A stretch of 32,000 bases of DNA from Flavobacteriaceae bacterium (GTDB lineage Bacteria; Bacteroidota; Bacteroidia; Flavobacteriales; Flavobacteriaceae), in NCBI GenBank assembly GCA_965224465.1, contig OZ245049.1:1320001-1352000 (forward strand), written 5' to 3'. Each line of letters opens with the position of its first letter. Within the stretch, counting starts at the first letter, position 1. Below are positions 9,147-16,608 of the stretch, in pieces. A program made the position numbers and the translations under genes. The notes below the pieces were generated by a model that made no database searches, had not been told where the DNA came from, and saw only the letters and a list, made by a program, of their open reading frames with translations.

Positions 9147-9514
9147 TGACAAGGTATTATGTAAATAAATTAGAATGGATACTCCGATTTACGGTTAGCT
9201 GTACATACATAGGACATGGAATGTTTGCTATTTTAGGACTGCAATCTTGGTATCGATATTTACAAGTTGTGGGACTTAGCATTGAACCCGCTAAGTCCAT
9301 GGTAATTGGGATTGGGTATCTAGATATTTTTGTGGCATTATTCATATTCATAAAACCTAATAAATACATCCTAAGTTGGGCTATTATTTGGGCTTTTTCT
9401 ACAGCCTTTATTCGCCCATTTGCAGGCGAACCTATTTGGGCTTTTGTTGAACGAACCGCCAATTGGGCAGCGCCATTAATCCTACTTATAATTCTAAAAC
9501 ACAAAACGAGTTAA
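9146..9514 (+). CDS. Small polytopic membrane protein (DoxX-like?), translationally coupled to the lyase
   Basis: 122 aa with about 4 hydrophobic helices. The start ATG overlaps the lyase stop (TAATG). Preferred over the fully overlapping antisense ORF 9157..9504 because of co-orientation, the coupling and helix-like hydrophobicity. Confidence 0.55.
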   Translation: MTRYYVNKLEWILRFTVSCTYIGHGMFAILGLQSWYRYLQVVGLSIEPAKSMVIGIGYLDIFVALFIFIKPNKYILSWAIIWAFSTAFIRPFAGEPIWAFVERTANWAAPLILLIILKHKTS

Positions 9515-9605
9515 TGTCTTTTAATCGCTCATGCCGTAAACCATAACCAACTAAGAAACAATAGTTTAAATCAATGAAAAGCAACAAGACAGAATTACAA
9601 CCCAG

Positions 9606-9650
9606 AAAACAAATTAAAATACAATCGATTGTATTTTAATTTGTTTTTTT
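9606..9650. terminator. 42-bp perfect palindrome (21-nt arms, centre ATCGAT) followed by T-run; terminator and/or operator
   Basis: AAAACAAATTAAAATACAATC|GATTGTATTTTAATTTGTTTT at 9606-9647, then TTT. Lies between the small membrane-protein gene and kdgK. Confidence 0.6.
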
Positions 9651-9714
9651 ATATCTTTACATTTTTAATAAAGTATTTACTAGACAATACATATCACATT
9701 AATCATTATATAGA

Positions 9715-10755
9715 ATGAAAAAAGTAGTAACATTTGGAGAGATCATGTTGAGATTATCTCCTCAAGGATTTTTAAGATTTTCGCAGGCTAACAACTTTGA
9801 TGTTGTGTATGGAGGAGGAGAATCCAATGTAGCAATTTCATTAGCAAACTATGGAATTCCTGTAGATTTTATTACACGTTTACCTAAAAATGACATCGGA
9901 GAATGTGCGATGATGGAATTGAGAAAACGAGGCGTAAATGTAGATAATATCATATATGGAGGAGACCGATTGGGCATCTATTTTTTAGAGACTGGAGCTG
10001 TTTCAAGAGGATCTAAAGTAGTGTACGACAGAGCACATTCTTCCATTGCAGAAATCAAACCAGGAATGATTGATTGGAAAGCTGTTTTTGAAGGAGTAGA
10101 ATGGTTCCATTGGACAGGTATAACACCTGCTATTTCCCAAGGAGCAGCAGATGTCTGTTTAGAGGCTGTAAAAGTTGCTAGTGCTATGGGAATCACTATT
10201 TCTACGGACTTAAACTACCGCGCAAAACTTTGGAATTACGGAGGAGATAGAGAAACCATTATGACCCTTTTAACCTCGTATTGCGATATTATTTTAGGAA
10301 ATGAAGAAGATGCTGAAAAGCACTTTAATATTAAGCCAGAAGGATTGGATATTACAACACAAGGACACGATGTCAAAGCATCAGCCTTCCTATCTGTCTG
10401 TAAACAGATGATGCAAAAATTCCCAAAGGCTAAAAAGGTAATAACAACGTTACGTGGATCTATTTCTGCATCACACAATACATGGGCTGGTGTTTTATAC
10501 GACGGTAACAAAATGTTGGAAACAAGGCAATATCAAATTACCGATATCGTAGACCGTGTAGGAGGAGGAGATTCATTTATGGGAGGATTAATCTATGGTT
10601 TACTAAACTATCCACAAGACGATCAAAATGCATTAGACTTTGCAGTAGCGGCTTCTTGCTTAAAACACACCATTAAAGGTGATGCCAACTTAGTAACAAT
10701 AGAAGAAGTAGAAAAATTAATGGCAGGAGACACTTCTGGAAGAGTCGCTCGCTAA
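9715..10755 (+). CDS. kdgK: 2-dehydro-3-deoxygluconokinase (PfkB family)
   Basis: 346 aa. 'VVTFGEIMLRLSP', 'VYGGGESNVAISLANYG', 'NYRAKLW' and the C-terminal 'DRVGGGDSFMGGLIYGL' PfkB ATP/anion-hole signature are typical of Bacteroidota KdgK. Followed by eda. Confidence 0.9.
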   Translation: MKKVVTFGEIMLRLSPQGFLRFSQANNFDVVYGGGESNVAISLANYGIPVDFITRLPKNDIGECAMMELRKRGVNVDNIIYGGDRLGIYFLETGAVSRGSKVVYDRAHSSIAEIKPGMIDWKAVFEGVEWFHWTGITPAISQGAADVCLEAVKVASAMGITISTDLNYRAKLWNYGGDRETIMTLLTSYCDIILGNEEDAEKHFNIKPEGLDITTQGHDVKASAFLSVCKQMMQKFPKAKKVITTLRGSISASHNTWAGVLYDGNKMLETRQYQITDIVDRVGGGDSFMGGLIYGLLNYPQDDQNALDFAVAASCLKHTIKGDANLVTIEEVEKLMAGDTSGRVAR

Positions 10756-10782
10756 ATAGAACAATCATTAGTATTAGTACTC

Positions 10783-10814
10783 GAGGGCTGTAACCGATAC
10801 TGTTTACAGCTCTC
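10783..10814 (+). other. Intercistronic hairpin between kdgK and eda
   Basis: GAGGGCTGTAA-N10-TTACAGCTCTC (10/11 complementary). No T-run, so it is more likely an mRNA stability or processing element than a terminator. Confidence 0.3.
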
Positions 10815-10836
10815 AACTAATAAAAAACAACATATA

Positions 10837-11505
10837 ATGGCACAATTTACACGAATAGAAGTTGCAACAGCAATGAAAGAAACAGGGATGATTCCATTGT
10901 TTTTTAACAGTGATATTGAACTGAGTAAAAAAGTATTAAAAGCTTGCTATGACGGTGGCGCACGATTGATGGAATTTACAGCAAGAGGTGATTTTGCTCA
11001 TGAAGTTTTTGGTGAATTAACCAAATATGCCATCGCAGAATTACCTGGAATGATTATGGGTGTAGGATCTGTAACCGATGCAGGAGCTGCCTCCTTATAC
11101 ATGGCATTAGGAGCAAACTTTATAGTAACCCCTGTTTTAAGAGAAGACATTGCCATTGTATGTAACCGACGCAAAGTCTTATGGTCACCTGGATGTGGAA
11201 CACTTACAGAAATAACAAGAGCAGAAGAATTGGGTTGTGAAATTATCAAATTATTTCCTGGAGACATTTATGGTCCCCAATTTGTAAAAGGCATTAAAGG
11301 TCCACAACCATGGACAAATATAATGCCTACAGGAGGAGTCTCACCAACAAAAGAAAACCTATCTGCATGGTTTAATGCAGGTGTTACTTGTGTAGGGATG
11401 GGATCTCAATTAATTTCCAAAGAGATTATTGCCAATCAAGATTATGCATTGTTGGCGAAAAATGTAGCAGAAGCCTTAAAAATTATACAGACTGTTAGAA
11501 AATAA
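10837..11505 (+). CDS. eda: Bifunctional KDPG / 4-hydroxy-2-oxoglutarate aldolase
   Basis: 222 aa. The 'GARLMEFTAR', 'GVGSVTDA', 'FIVTP', 'KLFPG' and 'PTGGV' blocks match the class I KDPG aldolase (Eda/KdgA) fold. Sits between kdgK and a uronate-type permease. Confidence 0.88.
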   Translation: MAQFTRIEVATAMKETGMIPLFFNSDIELSKKVLKACYDGGARLMEFTARGDFAHEVFGELTKYAIAELPGMIMGVGSVTDAGAASLYMALGANFIVTPVLREDIAIVCNRRKVLWSPGCGTLTEITRAEELGCEIIKLFPGDIYGPQFVKGIKGPQPWTNIMPTGGVSPTKENLSAWFNAGVTCVGMGSQLISKEIIANQDYALLAKNVAEALKIIQTVRK

Positions 11506-11542
11506 ATAACCCATCGCTTTTTTAGCGACAAAACCGATCAAT

Positions 11543-12871
11543 ATGAGTACATTAAACATGAGTAAACCTGCTGGGAATTACAGATATCGTATTCTTGCCA
11601 TGCTTTTTCTTGCCACGACCATCAATTACATGGACCGTAGCATTATGGGGATTTTAGGTCCAACATTACAAGAAAAATTTAACTGGACCAATGCCGATTA
11701 CGGATATATTAATATGGCTTTTAAAGCGGCTTATGCCATCGGTATGATTACCATGGGGAGCATTATTGATAGATTTGGAACACGCTTTGGATACACCCTA
11801 TCTATTATTATTTGGTCAATCTTCGGAATGTTACATGCTGCCATTCGACCTGCATTTGCATTTATCGGATTTATGGCCGCACGTTTTGGTCTTGGATTTG
11901 GTGAAGCTGGAAACTTTCCTGCAGCGGTAAAAACAGTGGCTGAATGGTTCCCTAAAAAAGACCGTGCTTTTGCTACTGGGATTTTTAATGCAGGGTCTAA
12001 TATTGGAGCTGTGTTAGCTCCACTTATTGTTCCTTTGGTAGTTGCTAGCAATGGAGACAATTGGCAATTTGCCTTTTTAGTTACAGGTTTTTTTAGTTTA
12101 ATTTGGGTTATATTTTGGTTAAAAATGTACAGAAAACCAGAAGAACATCCAAAGGTAAGCGCGGAAGAATTGGCTTATATTAATCATGATTGCCAACCAC
12201 AAGATCCTAAAGCAAAACAAGAAAGACTGTCTTGGTCTAAAGTACTACCATTACGTCAAACTTGGGCATTTGCTATCGGTAAAATAACCGATGCAGTTTG
12301 GTTTTTCTTTATGTTTTGGAGTGGTATATTTTTCAAACAACAGTTTGGACTAGACAGCATGAAAGAACTTGGAGGTGCGCTGGTAGTAATTTACGTTGTT
12401 GCTGATTTAGGAAGTATTGGAGGAGGATACCTTTCTAAAATATTTATAAACAAAGGATGGACCTTGAATGCTGCACGTAAAATATCGTTGCTAATATGTG
12501 CTTTATGTATCGCACCTGTTTCCTTGGCTGCATTAACCGATAATGTATGGGTTGCTGTTGGTTTAATTGCACTTGCCTCTGGAGGGCATCAAGCCTGGTC
12601 TGCAAACTTATTTACCTTAGTGTCAGATGTAATGCCTAAAAAAGCCATTGCTTCTGTAGTAGGAATTGGAGGAATGATTGGAGCTATATCTGGTATGGTA
12701 GTGGATTTTGTCCTTGGTAACGGACTTGATTCTAGCGGGAATTCATTCTACTTTTGGATGTTCCTAGTTGCTGGACTATTGTACTTAGTAATTCTATTAA
12801 TCATTCATTTATTACTTCCAAACTTAGAAGGTGTAGATGAAAACTTAGAACCAATAACCGATATTAAATAA
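11543..12871 (+). CDS. MFS transporter, anion:cation symporter (ExuT/hexuronate-like) family
   Basis: 442 aa with about 12 TM segments. 'NYMDRSIMGILGP', 'FGLGFGEAGNFPA' and 'WFPKKDRAFATGIFNAGSNIG' are characteristic of ExuT/DgoT-type acid-sugar permeases. Confidence 0.85.
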   Translation: MSTLNMSKPAGNYRYRILAMLFLATTINYMDRSIMGILGPTLQEKFNWTNADYGYINMAFKAAYAIGMITMGSIIDRFGTRFGYTLSIIIWSIFGMLHAAIRPAFAFIGFMAARFGLGFGEAGNFPAAVKTVAEWFPKKDRAFATGIFNAGSNIGAVLAPLIVPLVVASNGDNWQFAFLVTGFFSLIWVIFWLKMYRKPEEHPKVSAEELAYINHDCQPQDPKAKQERLSWSKVLPLRQTWAFAIGKITDAVWFFFMFWSGIFFKQQFGLDSMKELGGALVVIYVVADLGSIGGGYLSKIFINKGWTLNAARKISLLICALCIAPVSLAALTDNVWVAVGLIALASGGHQAWSANLFTLVSDVMPKKAIASVVGIGGMIGAISGMVVDFVLGNGLDSSGNSFYFWMFLVAGLLYLVILLIIHLLLPNLEGVDENLEPITDIK

Positions 12872-12887
12872 ATAAACCTATTTTTAC

Positions 12888-12926
12888 AAATCACATGAGA
12901 ATCCTGTATTTTCATGTGATTTTTTA
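12888..12926 (+). terminator. Rho-independent terminator after the MFS gene
   Basis: AAATCACATGA-N13-TCATGTGATTT followed by TTTT. Confidence 0.7.
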
Positions 12927-12950
12927 TCATTATATTAAGATTAACAACAC

Positions 12951-13595
12951 ATGAAAACATATAAAGTACAACATATCGGGTCTGAAAATTTTCAATGCAA
13001 TAACTTAAATACTGATGATGTATGGAGCAAGGCTTCTGAATTAACAGATTTCACTTCCCCTTGGGACAATGCTCCTGTAAAAAAAATAACTTTTAAAGCC
13101 CTTTGGACTGACAGTCATTTACATTTTAAATTTCACGTAGCAGACAACCAAATTCACATCTGTAAAACTAACAGTACAATCTGTACTGAAACCATTGGTG
13201 AATCTGACAGGGTTGAATTATTTTTTAGGACAAATAAGCAGTTGAATCCATATTATTGCTTGGAAATTGATCCTAGCTCAAGAGTCATGGATTTTAAAGC
13301 CAAACCCAATAAAGAATTTGATTTTGATTGGCAATGGCCTACAGACGAAATACGTGTAAAATCTGAAATTACAGCAACTGATTTCACTGTTGAAATAACA
13401 CTAAGTATTGCTTCCTTAAAAAAATTAGATTTAATCCAAAACAATTGTATCGAAACTGGTATATACCGAGCCAAATACAACGAGCAAACAAACGGAAGTT
13501 TTGAACCTACATGGATATCTTGGGTACATCCACAAACAGCAAGCCCTAATTTTCATATTTCAAGTTCTTTTGGAAAACTAGAACTCGTCAAATAA
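12951..13595 (+). CDS. CBM9/DOMON-like carbohydrate-binding-fold protein, no recognisable signal peptide
   Basis: 214 aa. 'W..A....DF......P....TFKALWTDSHLHFKFHVAD' and 'DRVELFF.......YYCLEIDP..RVMDF' match the CBM9-like pattern. The N-terminus 'MKTYKVQHIGSENF' is not hydrophobic. Confidence 0.55.
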   Translation: MKTYKVQHIGSENFQCNNLNTDDVWSKASELTDFTSPWDNAPVKKITFKALWTDSHLHFKFHVADNQIHICKTNSTICTETIGESDRVELFFRTNKQLNPYYCLEIDPSSRVMDFKAKPNKEFDFDWQWPTDEIRVKSEITATDFTVEITLSIASLKKLDLIQNNCIETGIYRAKYNEQTNGSFEPTWISWVHPQTASPNFHISSSFGKLELVK

Positions 13596-13656
13596 AACGC
13601 TAAAATACGCAACAGACTTCTAAAAGGAAAGTTTCGTTAAAAAAAACCTAGAAAAC

Positions 13657-14703
13657 TTAGACCAAATATCCATCTACACTCTCTGCATTTACAATTACAA
13701 TGGGTAAAAGCACTTCAGAAGGAATGGCTTTATCGAACAAGAAATATTCAGCTAAATAATTCAGCGCCAATGTTACTTGTTCTTTTGGTTTTTGATTGAT
13801 TAAGAAATTCACAGCACCACTTTTTAAATGATGTACATTCTTATCTACTAAATCATAACCCACAATTAACTGCTTTTTCTCTCTGTCCTTTATTGCATCT
13901 GCTACCAAATGCGACTTAGATATAGTCACAAACATAGCTTCTAAATTTTTATTCTGATCTAAAAAACGAAGTAATGTAGATTTGAATTTTACAGGATCCT
14001 TATGTGAAATACTTAAGGTTGATATTTGATACTGATTCAATAATAATTCTGAAAAATAATTTCGAAACCCTTTTTCTTTTTCTTGTAAATGGGTTGCATT
14101 TCTTGATTCTTCATCAATATGAATAATTCCAATATGACCTTTTGTTAAGAGCATGTGCACTAAATTTGCCGCTACTCTCCCACTCTTATACAAGTCCTGA
14201 CCAATAAAATTGTGGACATATTTAGACTTGATAAAGTTATTAAAAATAGAAACTTTAATCCCTGCCTTGTAACATTCCTTAACAATAACATGAGCTTCTT
14301 TCGCAAAAATAGGCACTGTTAAAATAGCATCTGGTTGATCCGCAATCAATCCCCTAGCGGTTTCCAAAAACGAATCCGTACTGGCTGGATCAAAAAAGTA
14401 ATTCTCTACTTTAATCCCAAAACCTTTATAGGCATCTTCAAATTCTTGAATAGCATCCTTACAAGGCAACCAAAAAGAATCTTTTCCCACATTAGGAATC
14501 AATACAAACAACCTAAATATTTTATTAATACGTAAATTTTTTGCCATAGGATTTGGCTGATAATCAATTTCGTCCAATACTTTGTTTACATTTAACAAAG
14601 CCGTTTCGGAAACTTTACCACGCTTATGCAACACCCTATCTACAGTACCTTTAGATACTCCAGCCAATGCTGCAATGTCTTTTATTGTATATTTCTTATC
14701 CAT
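13657..14703 (-). CDS. LacI-family transcriptional regulator
   Basis: 348 aa. N-terminal HTH 'YTIKDIAALAGVSKGTVDRVLHKRGKVSETALLNVNKVLDEIDYQPNPMAKNLR' followed by a periplasmic-binding-protein-like sugar-binding core. Confidence 0.93.
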   Translation of the reverse strand: MDKKYTIKDIAALAGVSKGTVDRVLHKRGKVSETALLNVNKVLDEIDYQPNPMAKNLRINKIFRLFVLIPNVGKDSFWLPCKDAIQEFEDAYKGFGIKVENYFFDPASTDSFLETARGLIADQPDAILTVPIFAKEAHVIVKECYKAGIKVSIFNNFIKSKYVHNFIGQDLYKSGRVAANLVHMLLTKGHIGIIHIDEESRNATHLQEKEKGFRNYFSELLLNQYQISTLSISHKDPVKFKSTLLRFLDQNKNLEAMFVTISKSHLVADAIKDREKKQLIVGYDLVDKNVHHLKSGAVNFLINQKPKEQVTLALNYLAEYFLFDKAIPSEVLLPIVIVNAESVDGYLV

Positions 14704-15248
14704 TAATTAATGTAAATATATTCAATTCTCTTCTAAAATATAGTAACTGTTCGAAAGCTCAAATTTATACTTTTATTTATTATTAAACAATGCTATTTGT
14801 TAACTCGGTTAGAATTCCGTTTCATCCACTTAAATTCTACGTTGAGTAAATCAATACCTTATGCCCTTCTCCTGCCCTATAAAACACTTTATAATACATG
14901 AATATTTATAAAATCCAATTCCAATAGTTTTCCCTTTAACTCTTCTAATTGATGCTCTAAAAACACATTCGTTCAACGTTACTATACATCTAGAAACCAA
15001 ATGTTTTGGAGTATCCTTCCACAAGGTTATAGTACAATACTCTTTTTTATTTTAAAATATTACGGGCATCTATTAGAAAAACTTTTCTGTCTATCACAGA
15101 TAAGTATAACATGAAAAAACCAGCAACTATCCCGTCAGACTTTAAATATTAGTTTTAATAAACCTCTTGCATCTCCTCTAATAAATTGAGCTGACAGATT
15201 GTTGTTTTTTTTGCAATAGCAAGCATCTTTCTCTAAACATCTAAGCCC

Positions 15249-15267
15249 AAAAAGTCGAAATTTCGAC
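15249..15267 (-). terminator. Small palindrome GTCGAAA|TTTCGAC followed (minus strand) by TTTTT; terminator-like
   Basis: A 14-bp perfect palindrome at 15254-15267 with an A5 run at 15249-15253 on the plus strand. Lies about 73 nt downstream (minus sense) of repeat copy B. Confidence 0.3.
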
Positions 15268-15311
15268 GTATCGACTGCATATATTAAATCCTATTTCCAG
15301 ACCCGCATCCT

Positions 15312-15384
15312 ACATCTATTACCAATTACAACCAAAACAACCGATATAAATAGTTTGTTTTACGTTCTAGCCTTGTTAAAAAAC
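15312..15384 (-). repeat. Copy B (inverted orientation) of the conserved non-coding element seen at 1392-1465
   Basis: The plus strand reads ACCGATATAAATAGTTTGTTTTACGTT at 15340-15366, which is the reverse complement of the copy A core with one mismatch. Confidence 0.6.
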
Positions 15385-15531
15385 AGAAAAACAACTAAGG
15401 CTATCCTCAGAAATTTCACATAGCTAAAACAAAAAATAATTCCATTTCTAAACCGTCACTTCGAAATGTATTTGGCATAATACCTTTTTTAAAAACTCAA
15501 ATATACAAACTTCAATCAAATCATACAAAAA

Positions 15532-15590
15532 TGTGTTCGAAAACACCATTTTGTGTGCTCGATAACATTTTTTACGTGTGCTCGAACACA
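15532..15590. promoter_or_regulatory. Three phased 14-bp operator-like palindromes (consensus TGTGyTCGAwmACA) upstream of the HexNAc operon
   Basis: Site 1: TGTGTTCGAAAACA at 15532-15545. Site 2: TGTGCTCGATAACA at 15554-15567. Site 3: TGTGCTCGAACACA at 15577-15590. Self-complementarity is 12/14, 10/14 and 12/14. Start-to-start spacing is 22 and 23 bp. The central CG is typical of LacI-family operators. Possible Bacteroidota promoter elements nearby: TTTG at 15607-15610 and TAATTTAG at 15630-15637. Confidence 0.5.
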
Positions 15591-15698
15591 TTTCTATCTA
15601 AATTTCTTTGTAAATCCATTTAACAGTTATAATTTAGCAGTACCAAGTAAGAGGTAAAATGCGTACTCCTCACTAGAAAAAACCACAACAAACTAAAA

Positions 15699-16607
15699 AT
15701 GAACATTATAAAACCAACACTCGTTGTATTAGCTGCCGGTATCGGAAGTAGGTATGGCGGACTTAAACAATTAGATAGTTTTACTCCAGAAGGAGATACT
15801 ATTTTAGATTTTTCTATCTACGATGCTTTGCAAGCAGGATTCGGGAAATTTGTCTTTATTATTCGTAAAAACATTGAAACAGAATTCAAAGCTGTATTTG
15901 ACAAAAAACTAAAAGGCAAGGCAGAAGTTGCTTATGTTTTTCAAGAAACAGGAAATATTCCTGAAAAGTACAAGCCAAATAAGAGAGAAAAACCTTGGGG
16001 CACAGGACATGCTATGCTTATGGCAAAAGATGTGGTAAACGAAAATTTCGCCATCATTAATGCAGATGATTTTTATGGTAGAGAAGCATTTAATATCATG
16101 GCAAAATCACTGGTAGAAATACCACAAGATTCGACACAATTTAATATGATAGCTTATCAATTAAAGAACACCATTTCGGAACATGGTTTCGTCTCTAGGG
16201 GAGAATGTGTCGTAAATAAAGATGGGTTATTAACAGGAGTAACAGAACGTACACATATAGAAAAAATTGGTGTTAAATTAGTCAGAAAAAACGAAAACGG
16301 AAGCTTTGTCCCAATGGATGAGAATGCAATTGTTTCTATGAATTTCTGGGGATTCACCTATAAATGCTTTGACTTTGCAGAACATTTATTTGAGAAATTT
16401 TTAGAAAAAAACAGTGATCAAGCAAAAGCAGAATTCTATATCCCTTTAATTGTAAACGAAATGATTCAATCCAAACTTGCTAGTGTGACAGTACTAAAAT
16501 CAACTGCACAATGGTTTGGAGTTACTTACAAAGAAGACAAGGCCATCGTGCAATCTGCCATTGAGACCTTAAAAAACAACAAAATTTACCCAAAAAACCT
16601 TTGGTAA
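15699..16607 (+). CDS. Sugar-1-phosphate nucleotidyltransferase (NTP_transferase fold)
   Basis: 302 aa. N-terminal 'LVVLAAGIGSRYGGLKQL' is the G-x-G-x-R...K pyrophosphorylase signature. 'KPWGTGHAM' and 'IINADDFYG' are consistent with the GT-A-like nucleotidyltransferase core. Confidence 0.8.
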   Translation: MNIIKPTLVVLAAGIGSRYGGLKQLDSFTPEGDTILDFSIYDALQAGFGKFVFIIRKNIETEFKAVFDKKLKGKAEVAYVFQETGNIPEKYKPNKREKPWGTGHAMLMAKDVVNENFAIINADDFYGREAFNIMAKSLVEIPQDSTQFNMIAYQLKNTISEHGFVSRGECVVNKDGLLTGVTERTHIEKIGVKLVRKNENGSFVPMDENAIVSMNFWGFTYKCFDFAEHLFEKFLEKNSDQAKAEFYIPLIVNEMIQSKLASVTVLKSTAQWFGVTYKEDKAIVQSAIETLKNNKIYPKNLW

Positions 16608-16608
16608 T

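Noticed and set aside
9157-9504. 115-aa minus-strand ORF fully overlapping the 122-aa plus-strand ORF
   Set aside because: The plus-strand frame is co-oriented with the operon, coupled to the lyase stop codon (TAATG) and encodes clean hydrophobic helices. The antisense product has no such features. Treated as a shadow ORF, although it cannot be formally excluded.
12851-12875. Partial match (ACCGATAT-AAATA) to the conserved non-coding element at the 3' end of the MFS gene
   Set aside because: Only about 13 nt are shared, with an indel, and the match sits inside coding sequence and the stop region. This is consistent with chance in AT-rich DNA.
15659-15676. 5-codon upstream ORF (ATGCGTACTCCTCACTAG) with a GAGG-like box just before the HexNAc operon
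   Set aside because: It is too short to evaluate. Bacteroidota generally make little use of Shine-Dalgarno pairing, and it has no attenuator-like alternative structures around it.
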